From the IMG/VR virus record IMGVR_UViG_3300037067_011504, positions 29,766 to 93,765 of that record: a stretch of DNA of 64,000 nt; one strand, 5' to 3'. How positions within the stretch are numbered: position 1 is the stretch's first letter; each line of letters opens with the position of its first letter. A program made the translations under genes and the position numbers. The stretch is from a virus (lineage: Duplodnaviria > Caudoviricetes). Shown in pieces: positions 56,601 through 64,000 of the stretch. Under the pieces are notes generated by a model. The model ran no database searches, was not told where the DNA came from, and was given only the letters and a program-made list of their open reading frames with translations.

Positions 56601-58699
56601 CTGATGCAGGAGATAATAACTTATTGGTTGATGGTACCATATCGGCAGGTATAACACCAGCATCAGCTAAAGCACATTTTTTATCTACAACTGAACAGTT
56701 ACGTCTTGGTTATGATGCCAGTAAATATGCATCATTTACTATTAATGCAGCAGGTGATCTTACTATATCTACTATAGATGATCTTGTATTAAGTCCTGTA
56801 AGTAATATTATAAAACTTACTTCTTCAGTAGGAATAGGTACAGATCATTTTGCAAGTAAAACGACAGGTTGGTATATAACTTATGGCGGTTCATCAGATT
56901 TTAGAAGAGTATGGGCAGACGAAATACATACTGCTGCATTTATTGCGGATCTTGAACAAGCTCTTGCAGGAGGACAGATAATAAGCAAATCTGTTGCTTC
57001 ATTGGCAGCAATATTTACTATTCCTGTAGCAGGAGGAGTAACAACATTAGTTGTTGATTCGTTTAAAGGTTTCGATACATTTAGAGTATTTGTTAATGGT
57101 GATCTAATAAGATTAAGACAATTTGAAAGAGTAGGACTCAGATTAGATGTTGCAGATTGCTGGGGTACTGTTGTATGGGTATCAACAGACACAACAAATA
57201 AAACACAAACATATACATTTACACGATCAGCAAATCCTAATGAAGGAGCAGCAACGGCTACTGAAACAATAGGGATAGGTTCGCTTGTATTAGATTATGG
57301 TATTACTGGTAATGGATACTTAGAAAGTAATTCTATTGATGGTGATATGGCAGAAAATTCTCCTTATCATCAGATTGTTAGATGGACAACTCATCCTGCT
57401 AGTATTCTACCTGGAGAAGGTTTAACTGTTCACACCAGACTTGGAAATTTAAATGGTCTTTTTCATGTATCTGATGAATTTGGATTATTTGCAGGAGATG
57501 GACATCTTGATACAGATCATTATCTTCGTATAAGTAATGAAGCAATAACGACATATAACCTTGATTATAATATCTACAGTGGTGCAGCACTTGTTTTTAA
57601 GATAGATCCTTCCATACCTTCATTATCAATGGGAGCAACACTTCCTGCAGGATATCTTACAAATGATAGTGGTATATGGATGGGATTAGATGCAGCAGTA
57701 TATAAGATGAGAGTAGGTATTGTTGCCGGAGGAATATTAACACAGGGATTCTCATGGGATAATACAACATTTACTATTAAGGGTACTATAACAGCAATAG
57801 CAGGATTAATTGGTGGTTTTATTATAGATTCTACAGAAGGATTATATTCAGGAACAGGACCTACAAGGGTTCAGATGAAACCAGGAGCAGGATTCTGGAC
57901 AGGTGCATCATCACGAGGAGCTGCACCATTTAATGTAACAGAAGCAGGTGTACTTACTGCTGTTTCAGGAACAATAGGTGGTTGGACATTATCAGCAACG
58001 ACATTAATTGGAGGAACTATAACATTATCTAATACTGGTTATATGTCGATAGGTACAGGAGATAATATAGCAATTTTATCAGCAGTGATAGGTGATGATC
58101 CATATAGGTTATGGATTGGAGATGCAACAGCTGCAGATGCTCCATTTAGTGTAACAAAGACAGGTGATCTTACTGCAACAGGTGTTGCAGAACTTGGAAC
58201 AAATGCTGATGTTAATGGATGGAATGTAGCAATACAAGGACCTAATATATGGGAGAATTCAAAGAATTTAGATGGATCTGGAATAAAGATTAACGAATAT
58301 GGTTATCATGGATTAGATACTTATTATAGAAACTTTATTGTATATGATGGCAAGGCAACTGCTGTATTGGAATGTACTGGTTATAGTGTAGGTTATTTAG
58401 ATTCATTAGTTACTATACATGGTGCATTAAGTGTAAGTGGAGTGGCTCAGTTTAGTGATATTACTACATTTAATACTGGTGTTATTTGTGATACACAGGT
58501 AAGTATTGGTAAGGGTACTGCTGCTGCTGCATCGGCAGCACTGGAAGTATCATCTACAACAAAAACAGTTTTATTACCAAGAATAAATGGTACTGCATCT
58601 GTTGTCACTCCTGTTGATGGGATGATATATTATGATACAGGTTATAAACGATTTGTTGGAAGAGCTGATGGGTCATGGTATCAATTTATTATGGGTTAA
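53693..58699 (+). CDS. tail fibre protein
   Basis: SGLDADLLDG motif, many GxVGIG...P..L shaft repeats, APFxVT and IGGW motifs. Confidence 0.8.
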   Translation: MGKGSVILKGKPQTIGSVTEQLIQHYEDKNLIIQGYTNDDLLERLLTIDGHGSGLDADLLDGQHGSYYTPIENPVFLGVITIPVLKVTDGAAAGNILISSADGTLSYLAAGATTQILVGGGAADPVWTTATGTGSPVRATSPIFVTNITLPIYTIVPNGGYIGQTTGPLITFDDTSNHLEISGCNVGIGNTDPAYKLDMTGDIRIRTSNKVYFDSTSVGVNPIYFQIWANETGGELTIEPTANGSASNIRFRVGDSTTGFRSDVMFLSQKQYVGIGTITPTQKLDVETSVPNINAGYFVNSAAAGTSFGLSVVAGGNSSDYSMRVYERTGATVYFAIRGDGNIGIKTITPGYTLDIAGTLGINETFTVGDAVSAGSGKITLNALGTAGNMPNIILKSGGTQYGVIGLSGAVLGTTATNIVIFAETGKTINFWPNGGSTGVTIGTNGYMGIGFTSPLSALCIDGGLNVGGTTAVGNNNLVVVGTCDIGGISTFIGLVKTAGGVHVGGASDPGPDNLLVDGTLEIIGESTFTSEITVPTLKITDTPTVGYIWKCTNLDGSGEWGNITSSQTYKGTVDGDDGLPTGGGPALIDGTGTAGWYYVCCDAGTYDYGNPNGNSITTAVGDQLYYNGASWELVPVSIAVNLTGPITSVGNATSIALQTGTGTTFAMSVSPVFTTDITTPIIYGSAAANGDITIEGTSHATKTTSYILLQPNGGLVGIGTSTPYERLEVNGAIATTGAATASNSLGPTVIMFYNAAGYIQSVDYGVSFKDLNIAADNIYFDTGFAATSTAMTILTTGYVGIGITSPLSTLHLYRADNLWLNLDSSAFTSGIAYMKAGTNKWLNMIERTIPFYGGAVNDLYWYNSVTASVDMMIQSANGYVGIGTVVPLVPLNIQGQARFQDATYVHGAAGGALDIIPGATYTEINVGKTGWTAYGDLILQSTSGNVGIGFTAPLSELCIDGGLHVGSETDAGDNNLLVDGTISAGITPASAKAHFLSTTEQLRLGYDASKYASFTINAAGDLTISTIDDLVLSPVSNIIKLTSSVGIGTDHFASKTTGWYITYGGSSDFRRVWADEIHTAAFIADLEQALAGGQIISKSVASLAAIFTIPVAGGVTTLVVDSFKGFDTFRVFVNGDLIRLRQFERVGLRLDVADCWGTVVWVSTDTTNKTQTYTFTRSANPNEGAATATETIGIGSLVLDYGITGNGYLESNSIDGDMAENSPYHQIVRWTTHPASILPGEGLTVHTRLGNLNGLFHVSDEFGLFAGDGHLDTDHYLRISNEAITTYNLDYNIYSGAALVFKIDPSIPSLSMGATLPAGYLTNDSGIWMGLDAAVYKMRVGIVAGGILTQGFSWDNTTFTIKGTITAIAGLIGGFIIDSTEGLYSGTGPTRVQMKPGAGFWTGASSRGAAPFNVTEAGVLTAVSGTIGGWTLSATTLIGGTITLSNTGYMSIGTGDNIAILSAVIGDDPYRLWIGDATAADAPFSVTKTGDLTATGVAELGTNADVNGWNVAIQGPNIWENSKNLDGSGIKINEYGYHGLDTYYRNFIVYDGKATAVLECTGYSVGYLDSLVTIHGALSVSGVAQFSDITTFNTGVICDTQVSIGKGTAAAASAALEVSSTTKTVLLPRINGTASVVTPVDGMIYYDTGYKRFVGRADGSWYQFIMG

Positions 58700-58710
58700 T
58701 AATAATAATT

Positions 58711-59037
58711 ATGAGTTTGAATCAGACATACATTGACGAGACGCTCGGTAATATACAGACATTACATGGTAGGTTTGGTAATGAGATATGTAATATGCTT
58801 AAGAGACGTACAGGTAATCCAGGTATATATAATGATCTATTAAGGATGAATAACTTCGTAGGTAAAGTGAAAGATATACTTTATGACTATACTCCTATAG
58901 GAGATACTGATTCAAATGATGCAGTCAATGATCTGTCAGAAGTTGAGATTATGTCATTAATTAATTATTGTTATAAAGTCATGAATAAATATAATAGTAA
59001 TGTATTCCTTCCAAATAATCCAAATGTTTACTTATAA
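58711..59037 (+). CDS. hypothetical virion-associated protein
   Basis: Start placed at MSLNQ. Confidence 0.55.
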   Translation: MSLNQTYIDETLGNIQTLHGRFGNEICNMLKRRTGNPGIYNDLLRMNNFVGKVKDILYDYTPIGDTDSNDAVNDLSEVEIMSLINYCYKVMNKYNSNVFLPNNPNVYL

Positions 59038-59048
59038 TATGATATGAT

Positions 59049-59669
59049 ATGGAAACGACAGAAATTGTTTATAAGACTTATCCGAGTGAGATAGTGATAT
59101 CAGAGAATAATCTGTTAGGGACTAATCTCACTGCTGATGCCGGAGCAGACACAAATACTATCCTTGATATATCGGCTGACTTTAGTGTCTCTAATGTAGC
59201 TGTAGGATATCCTGTATGGCAGATTGATGATGCTGAATCGGCAACAGTCAACTCTGTCACAGATGTAACAACTATTGAGACAAGTACACTAACAGGAGCG
59301 GCAAGTTTCTCATCTGCGGAATATGTATTACCATCCGTCAATAGATATGTAATAGATAGTGTAGATATAAGACATATCACTATTCAGTATGATCTCACGG
59401 CAGGAGCTAATACAACAATGTATCTTAAGATATATGGATCACTTAGTAATGCTGCTAATGATGATTCTGATAATAATTGGATCGACATGTCATCTGATAT
59501 ATTAGATGATGCAAGTGGTATCATCGTTACTACAAGTACTACACAGAGTGGATTAGCTATCATAGGTGAAGAAGTAACTATGACAAAATACATGTTAAAG
59601 TTAGTTGTTGTAAATTCTACACATACTGCAGCTAATTCAGCAAGAGTAATAATCAAAAAATCATTATAA
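59049..59669 (+). CDS. hypothetical acidic virion protein
   Basis: Composition and context. Confidence 0.55.
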   Translation: METTEIVYKTYPSEIVISENNLLGTNLTADAGADTNTILDISADFSVSNVAVGYPVWQIDDAESATVNSVTDVTTIETSTLTGAASFSSAEYVLPSVNRYVIDSVDIRHITIQYDLTAGANTTMYLKIYGSLSNAANDDSDNNWIDMSSDILDDASGIIVTTSTTQSGLAIIGEEVTMTKYMLKLVVVNSTHTAANSARVIIKKSL

Positions 59670-59671
59670 TC

Positions 59672-60118
59672 ATGGTACACGTATATTCACAGATATCGAC
59701 TAAACCAAGAAGAGTATCAAGAGCAGCAAATAATCTTCCACAATCAACGGCAGGAGCATTATATACTGTTAGTGGAGGTAAATGTATTGTAGAAATAATA
59801 GGAGAGGTAACAACTATCATAGAAGCCGGAGCAAATAATATGAAATTAGTTGCCAATCCTACTGTTGGTGCTGATGTGGACTTATGTGCTACATTAGATA
59901 TAGCTTCTGATGCTGTAGGAACATTTTATAATCTTACAGGTACTTTGGCAGATGCACTGGTAGAGAACACATCAGGAGCAGGAGTATCACAAGCCGGAGG
60001 TATTATAGTGGCACCAGGTACAATAGATCTTGATTGTGATGCAAGTAAAACAGGACAGATAAAATGGGTATTATTTTATATACCAATTGATCAGGGAGCG
60101 AAGATTGTTGCAGCATAA
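59672..60118 (+). CDS. hypothetical virion/decoration protein
   Basis: Beta-rich; LYTVSGG, YIPxDxGA. Confidence 0.55.
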   Translation: MVHVYSQISTKPRRVSRAANNLPQSTAGALYTVSGGKCIVEIIGEVTTIIEAGANNMKLVANPTVGADVDLCATLDIASDAVGTFYNLTGTLADALVENTSGAGVSQAGGIIVAPGTIDLDCDASKTGQIKWVLFYIPIDQGAKIVAA

Positions 60119-60128
60119 ATGAATTAAT

Positions 60129-63044
60129 ATGAAGGTTAATTCCATATTAAATATTCCATTATTTAAATCAGGAGGTATCAACTGGACTGCTTACTGGGCA
60201 ACACGGACAGTTACAGGTGTTACTATTGTAGTTAATTCAGGAACTCAATTTACGGTATCATGGACAAATAATGGCACGACTGATTATACAGGACATAAAA
60301 TATACATATCAACTGATGATATTACTTATACTTTAAATAAGACAGTTACAAGTATTGGTACAAGTACAACTATTACAGGACTAACTAAAAATACACTTTA
60401 TTATGTAAAAGCTGCTCCATATAAAAATGATAACATAGGTACTTTATCAATCGCTGCATCTGCAACATCGGGTCAGGATTTAGAATTTTTGCCATGTAAT
60501 ACTGATAACGTACAATGCAGCAGTATTGGAGATACGGTAGGAGTAGCAGATTATACAGCACAATCAGAAGGTATATCTTTGCTTACAACATATAAGCCGG
60601 AGAGAATAAATCAGAAGGGATCATTAGTTCAGGTTCAGCTTAATGTAATAACAATTACGGGAATTACTGAATGTGATATTGTTATATGGCGGTTCGATGG
60701 AACCAACTATGATGAGATTGCCAGGGAAGATATTACGGACGAGCTATCAGTTGCTAATCCATGCACTGTGACATTGGATACTCCCATTGATGTTGAGGAA
60801 GGTGATTTCATAAGTACATATTTAGTTTCGGATGTTGACAAGGCATTTAGTCAGACAGCTGATAGGGATGCTGCCGGATGTATTTATATTATAGGTACGA
60901 AAGTAACAGGAGCTAATCAGTCATGGTCGGGAGTTGGTTATGTAACTCCGAACAGTTCTCATCCTATTGCCGCGCTTATGAAAGCTCCTCTTATTGTTGG
61001 TATTGGTGATTCATTGATGGAGAGTTATCCATTACATACATCAATGATTGATAGTAACTATACTACTGTCGATATAACTAAATCATGGTTATATAAATTG
61101 AGGGCATCAGACGCTAAGTTTACTTATCAAAACTGTGGCATCGGTGGCAACAGGATGAATAATATAACAGGACGATTTGAAAGAGATTGTCTTGATAAGT
61201 TACCGAGGTTCGCAATATTAAACGGAGGTATTAATGATCTTGCAATAGGAACGGCTAAGGCAACAGTTTTAGCAGCATGGGAATCAATACTTGATGACTG
61301 TGAGGCAAATGATATTATACCTGTTATGTGGTTACTAATGCCGTGGACTGATGGTACAAATGACCAGATGCAGGATAGAGATGATTGGAATACTGATCTC
61401 TTAGCATTATTTAATTCTTATAGCAGAACTGATTGGGTTGTTATTAATTTTGATAATGATCTTGGACAATTCCGCGAAGGTGGAGATGTTGGTAATCTCT
61501 GGGATTTAAAAATTGAATACAATCAAGATGACATTCATTATAACGAAGCAGGACAGGCAAAAATAGCAGAGGTTGTTTTGAGGGAAATCGGTAAAGTATA
61601 TAATTTGTCAGATACAATACCTTATGGTCTGCGATCTGAATCAATTTCTGATACTGAAATAAATTTGACTGTTGAACTTGGAACTAATAATGACCATGAT
61701 GGAGGTTCCTGGGAATATTCTACGGATGGGGTTAATTATACAGAGTATGATACGACAGTAGAGAATGTTAATAATATTTCAGTTATCGGATTAACAGAAA
61801 ATACAAAGTACTGGTTCAGATTCAGAACATTCAAAGGTGCTGTATATTCTCCTTATACTGATGTCATTACTGATTATACGTATGTTGCATTCACACTTGC
61901 ATCAACAGGAACGGGTGGGGCGGTAGCAACGCTTCAAATGTCAACAAGTGCAGATCAGACAGTTAAAGTCACTGGTAATGCAAAATTTTATACTAACCTT
62001 CTTGGGACATTGGGAGAGAGCACTGAATGGGAATTAACAACAGGTGCATTAAGAACGATATATATTAAGAATACATCGGGGACAGGTAATTTTCTTATTA
62101 AAGCACAGTATGTCACTGGTTTTGGTGATATATCTAATAATGGATTTAGTGCTGGCACAAACGCCCCATCTCTTGGTGGAGATATTAGTAAATTAACAAC
62201 TGCATTAACTGTATTATATGTTCAGGGTAACAATACATTATCTGGCAGTGTGGCAGCACTAACAGGACTTACATACTTTAGATTAACAGGATCGAATACT
62301 ATATCTGGTAGTGTAGCTGCACTCACTTCATTGACATATCTGTCAAATACCGGTACGTCAAATGCCATGACTGGCAGTATTGCTGCACTCACTTCATTGA
62401 CATATCTTTCTCTTGCAGGTAATACAACGATAAGCGGTAGTGTGGCCGCATTAACTTCATTAACATATCTTTCTGTTACCGGGACAAATACAATCACAGG
62501 TAGTGTGGCATTACTGATTTCATTAGGTACTTTGAATGTATTAGGATCAAATACACTCTCTGGTAGTATCGCTAATCTTAGTTCATTAATATTACTCTAT
62601 TGCACGGGATCAAATACCCTTACCGGAAGTAATGCGTTATTGACATTAGCAGCATATACAAGAGTTACCGGATCGAACACAATTAGTTATGGTACTCATG
62701 TATGGCCGGCATCAATGAGTTATTTCCAAATATCCGCACAAGCAGGATCGGGTTGGTCAGTTGCAAATATATCACAGGCAATCATAGATGCTTCGGCTAC
62801 AACATGGACAGGGACAGTCTTTAGTTTATCCGATGCGGATCATTCTTCGATGGCTGATACAAACCAAGGTGGTATATGGGGTGATTTTGATGGGGAAACA
62901 TCACCAAGTGCATTAGCAACTGCATATAAGACACTGATGAGAACAAAATCAGTAGTGGTATCATTAGTAGGTATTGTTGCTCCCGGAGGTTCCGGTGATG
63001 GGACTGGATTCCCGGCAGGATTTGGTAATTGGTATAGAAGTTAA
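60129..63044 (+). CDS. FN3 + SGNH/GDSL esterase + LRR-like repeat protein
   Basis: GDSL, GIGGN, GGIND and DxxH blocks; two FN3-like segments; 22-23 aa repeats. Confidence 0.8.
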   Translation: MKVNSILNIPLFKSGGINWTAYWATRTVTGVTIVVNSGTQFTVSWTNNGTTDYTGHKIYISTDDITYTLNKTVTSIGTSTTITGLTKNTLYYVKAAPYKNDNIGTLSIAASATSGQDLEFLPCNTDNVQCSSIGDTVGVADYTAQSEGISLLTTYKPERINQKGSLVQVQLNVITITGITECDIVIWRFDGTNYDEIAREDITDELSVANPCTVTLDTPIDVEEGDFISTYLVSDVDKAFSQTADRDAAGCIYIIGTKVTGANQSWSGVGYVTPNSSHPIAALMKAPLIVGIGDSLMESYPLHTSMIDSNYTTVDITKSWLYKLRASDAKFTYQNCGIGGNRMNNITGRFERDCLDKLPRFAILNGGINDLAIGTAKATVLAAWESILDDCEANDIIPVMWLLMPWTDGTNDQMQDRDDWNTDLLALFNSYSRTDWVVINFDNDLGQFREGGDVGNLWDLKIEYNQDDIHYNEAGQAKIAEVVLREIGKVYNLSDTIPYGLRSESISDTEINLTVELGTNNDHDGGSWEYSTDGVNYTEYDTTVENVNNISVIGLTENTKYWFRFRTFKGAVYSPYTDVITDYTYVAFTLASTGTGGAVATLQMSTSADQTVKVTGNAKFYTNLLGTLGESTEWELTTGALRTIYIKNTSGTGNFLIKAQYVTGFGDISNNGFSAGTNAPSLGGDISKLTTALTVLYVQGNNTLSGSVAALTGLTYFRLTGSNTISGSVAALTSLTYLSNTGTSNAMTGSIAALTSLTYLSLAGNTTISGSVAALTSLTYLSVTGTNTITGSVALLISLGTLNVLGSNTLSGSIANLSSLILLYCTGSNTLTGSNALLTLAAYTRVTGSNTISYGTHVWPASMSYFQISAQAGSGWSVANISQAIIDASATTWTGTVFSLSDADHSSMADTNQGGIWGDFDGETSPSALATAYKTLMRTKSVVVSLVGIVAPGGSGDGTGFPAGFGNWYRS
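62193..62693 (+). repeat. about seven tandem 22-23 aa LRR-like repeats
   Basis: LTSLTYLxxxGxNTISGSVAA; DNA copies of GCTGCACTCACTTCATTGACATATCT. Confidence 0.8.
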
Positions 63045-63080
63045 TTAATTGACCATGAGCGAAAATGAACAGATAGCATT

Positions 63081-63599
63081 ATGACAACCGATCCAGCATA
63101 CAGATTATATCTCGAGGAGAAGTTCAAAGGACTTAATTCAAGTATCAATGCACAATTTATTACCGTGCATGATAAACTGGATGCTATTGAAAAGCAAACA
63201 ACAAAGACGAATGGCAGGGTAACGGAATTAGAAGGTCAGGTTTTAAAGGTTGAGAAAGATATATTGACACATCCTATTAATTGCAACAAAGGGAAAGATA
63301 TTGAAGAAATAAAGAGGTTTGTCGCAGGAGATAAGTTGTTAAAATCAGAAGCAAGAAAAAGGTTTGAGAATATATTAAAAGTGATAGGTGTAATCATTGC
63401 CATTGGTGCTTTAGGAACTTCAACATATTTTGGTTTTCGTAATACTCAACAGGGAGCTACTATCATTCAGAAGCAGGACGACCAGAGTGTTCCGGTTGTG
63501 GTAAATCCACGAGGAGAAATTTTGATGTTGCCGGATTCTTCGCGGATCCTATTTTTTAATAATGATAGTGCAAGATACTTGATAAAAAGAGAGAGATGA
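63081..63599 (+). CDS. holin-like/membrane coiled-coil protein
   Basis: KTNGRVxxLE motif, single TM, immediately precedes the amidase. Confidence 0.5.
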   Translation: MTTDPAYRLYLEEKFKGLNSSINAQFITVHDKLDAIEKQTTKTNGRVTELEGQVLKVEKDILTHPINCNKGKDIEEIKRFVAGDKLLKSEARKRFENILKVIGVIIAIGALGTSTYFGFRNTQQGATIIQKQDDQSVPVVVNPRGEILMLPDSSRILFFNNDSARYLIKRER

Positions 63600-64000
63600 C
63601 AAACATAATAGTACATTGCAGCGATAGCAGCTGGGGTAATGCTTCAGTAATAACAAAATGGCACGTTACCGAAAGGGGATGGGAGACAATAGGATATCAT
63701 TATGTTATTCTTAATGGATTACTTTCACCTTACAAATTACACTCTTATTTTGACGGTCATATTGAGACAGGCAGGCCGCTTGATGATGATGCTGATATGG
63801 AGCTCGACGAAAAGGGAGCGCATGCATTTGGCTATAATAATGCTGTCGGTATCTGTCTTATTGGATTATCCGGTACTTTTACAGAGGCACAAATAAGGTC
63901 GCTGAATCATCTGATTAACAGGTTACGGGATCAGTTTGGAGAGATAAAAGTGATGCAACACTCGGACGTGGAACCAAAAAAACCGCAATGTGCAGGGCTT
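63596..64000 (+). CDS. N-acetylmuramoyl-L-alanine amidase (Amidase_2) endolysin, 3'-truncated; not in ORF track
   Basis: MTNIIVHCSD...WH...GWxxIGYHYVI...GR...GAH..GYN..GICLIG...H.....K..C. Confidence 0.9.
   Translation, partial: MTNIIVHCSDSSWGNASVITKWHVTERGWETIGYHYVILNGLLSPYKLHSYFDGHIETGRPLDDDADMELDEKGAHAFGYNNAVGICLIGLSGTFTEAQIRSLNHLINRLRDQFGEIKVMQHSDVEPKKPQCAGL

Noticed and set aside
63702-63896. 64-aa ORF in the track
   Set aside because: Out-of-frame overlap with the amidase gene starting at 63596.
1-64000. Stop-codon reassignment (TAG or TGA) as seen in some crAss-like phages
   Set aside because: Core genes are full-length in code 11, TAG and TGA both terminate tightly packed genes, and no suppressor tRNA was seen.
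1-64000. tRNA or rRNA genes, integrase, transposase
   Set aside because: No cloverleaf/T-loop signature in intergenic space and no recognisable recombinase or transposase motifs by eye; tRNAscan-SE would confirm.

Overview
AT-rich segment of a crAss-like (Crassvirales-type) Bacteroidota phage, read in the standard genetic code. Layout: (i) 1-3506, + strand: the end of a giant virion protein gene and a small fibre-like cassette. (ii) 3580-32260, - strand: a complete early/replication block of about 65 mostly small genes, including DnaB helicase, SMC-like ATPase, PD-(D/E)XK nuclease, RuvC-like resolvase, RadC, a DnaA C-terminal domain protein, a nucleotidyltransferase, DUF5131 and TOPRIM proteins. 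No DNA polymerase or primase is recognisable in it. (iii) About 31300-33300: a divergent control region with Bacteroidota-type promoters and structured non-coding elements. (iv) 33297-64000, + strand: virion module with a Gly-rich fibre, HU/IHF, terminase, portal, scaffold, major capsid protein (MCP), ring proteins, tail fibre, an SGNH/LRR protein, a holin-like protein and an amidase. Two unexpected candidate systems stand out. First, several small ORFs look like diverged fragments of the phage's own portal, MCP, terminase and tail fibre, and may be immune decoys or dominant-negative peptides. Second, three small-RNA-like modules place a sequence antisense to a translation start directly before a GC-rich terminator, and two of them have matching target starts inside this phage. 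Also notable: 23-bp-phased palindromic operator/iteron arrays and a circularly permuted C-lectin-fold domain nested inside another. All homologies were judged by eye; no searches were run.
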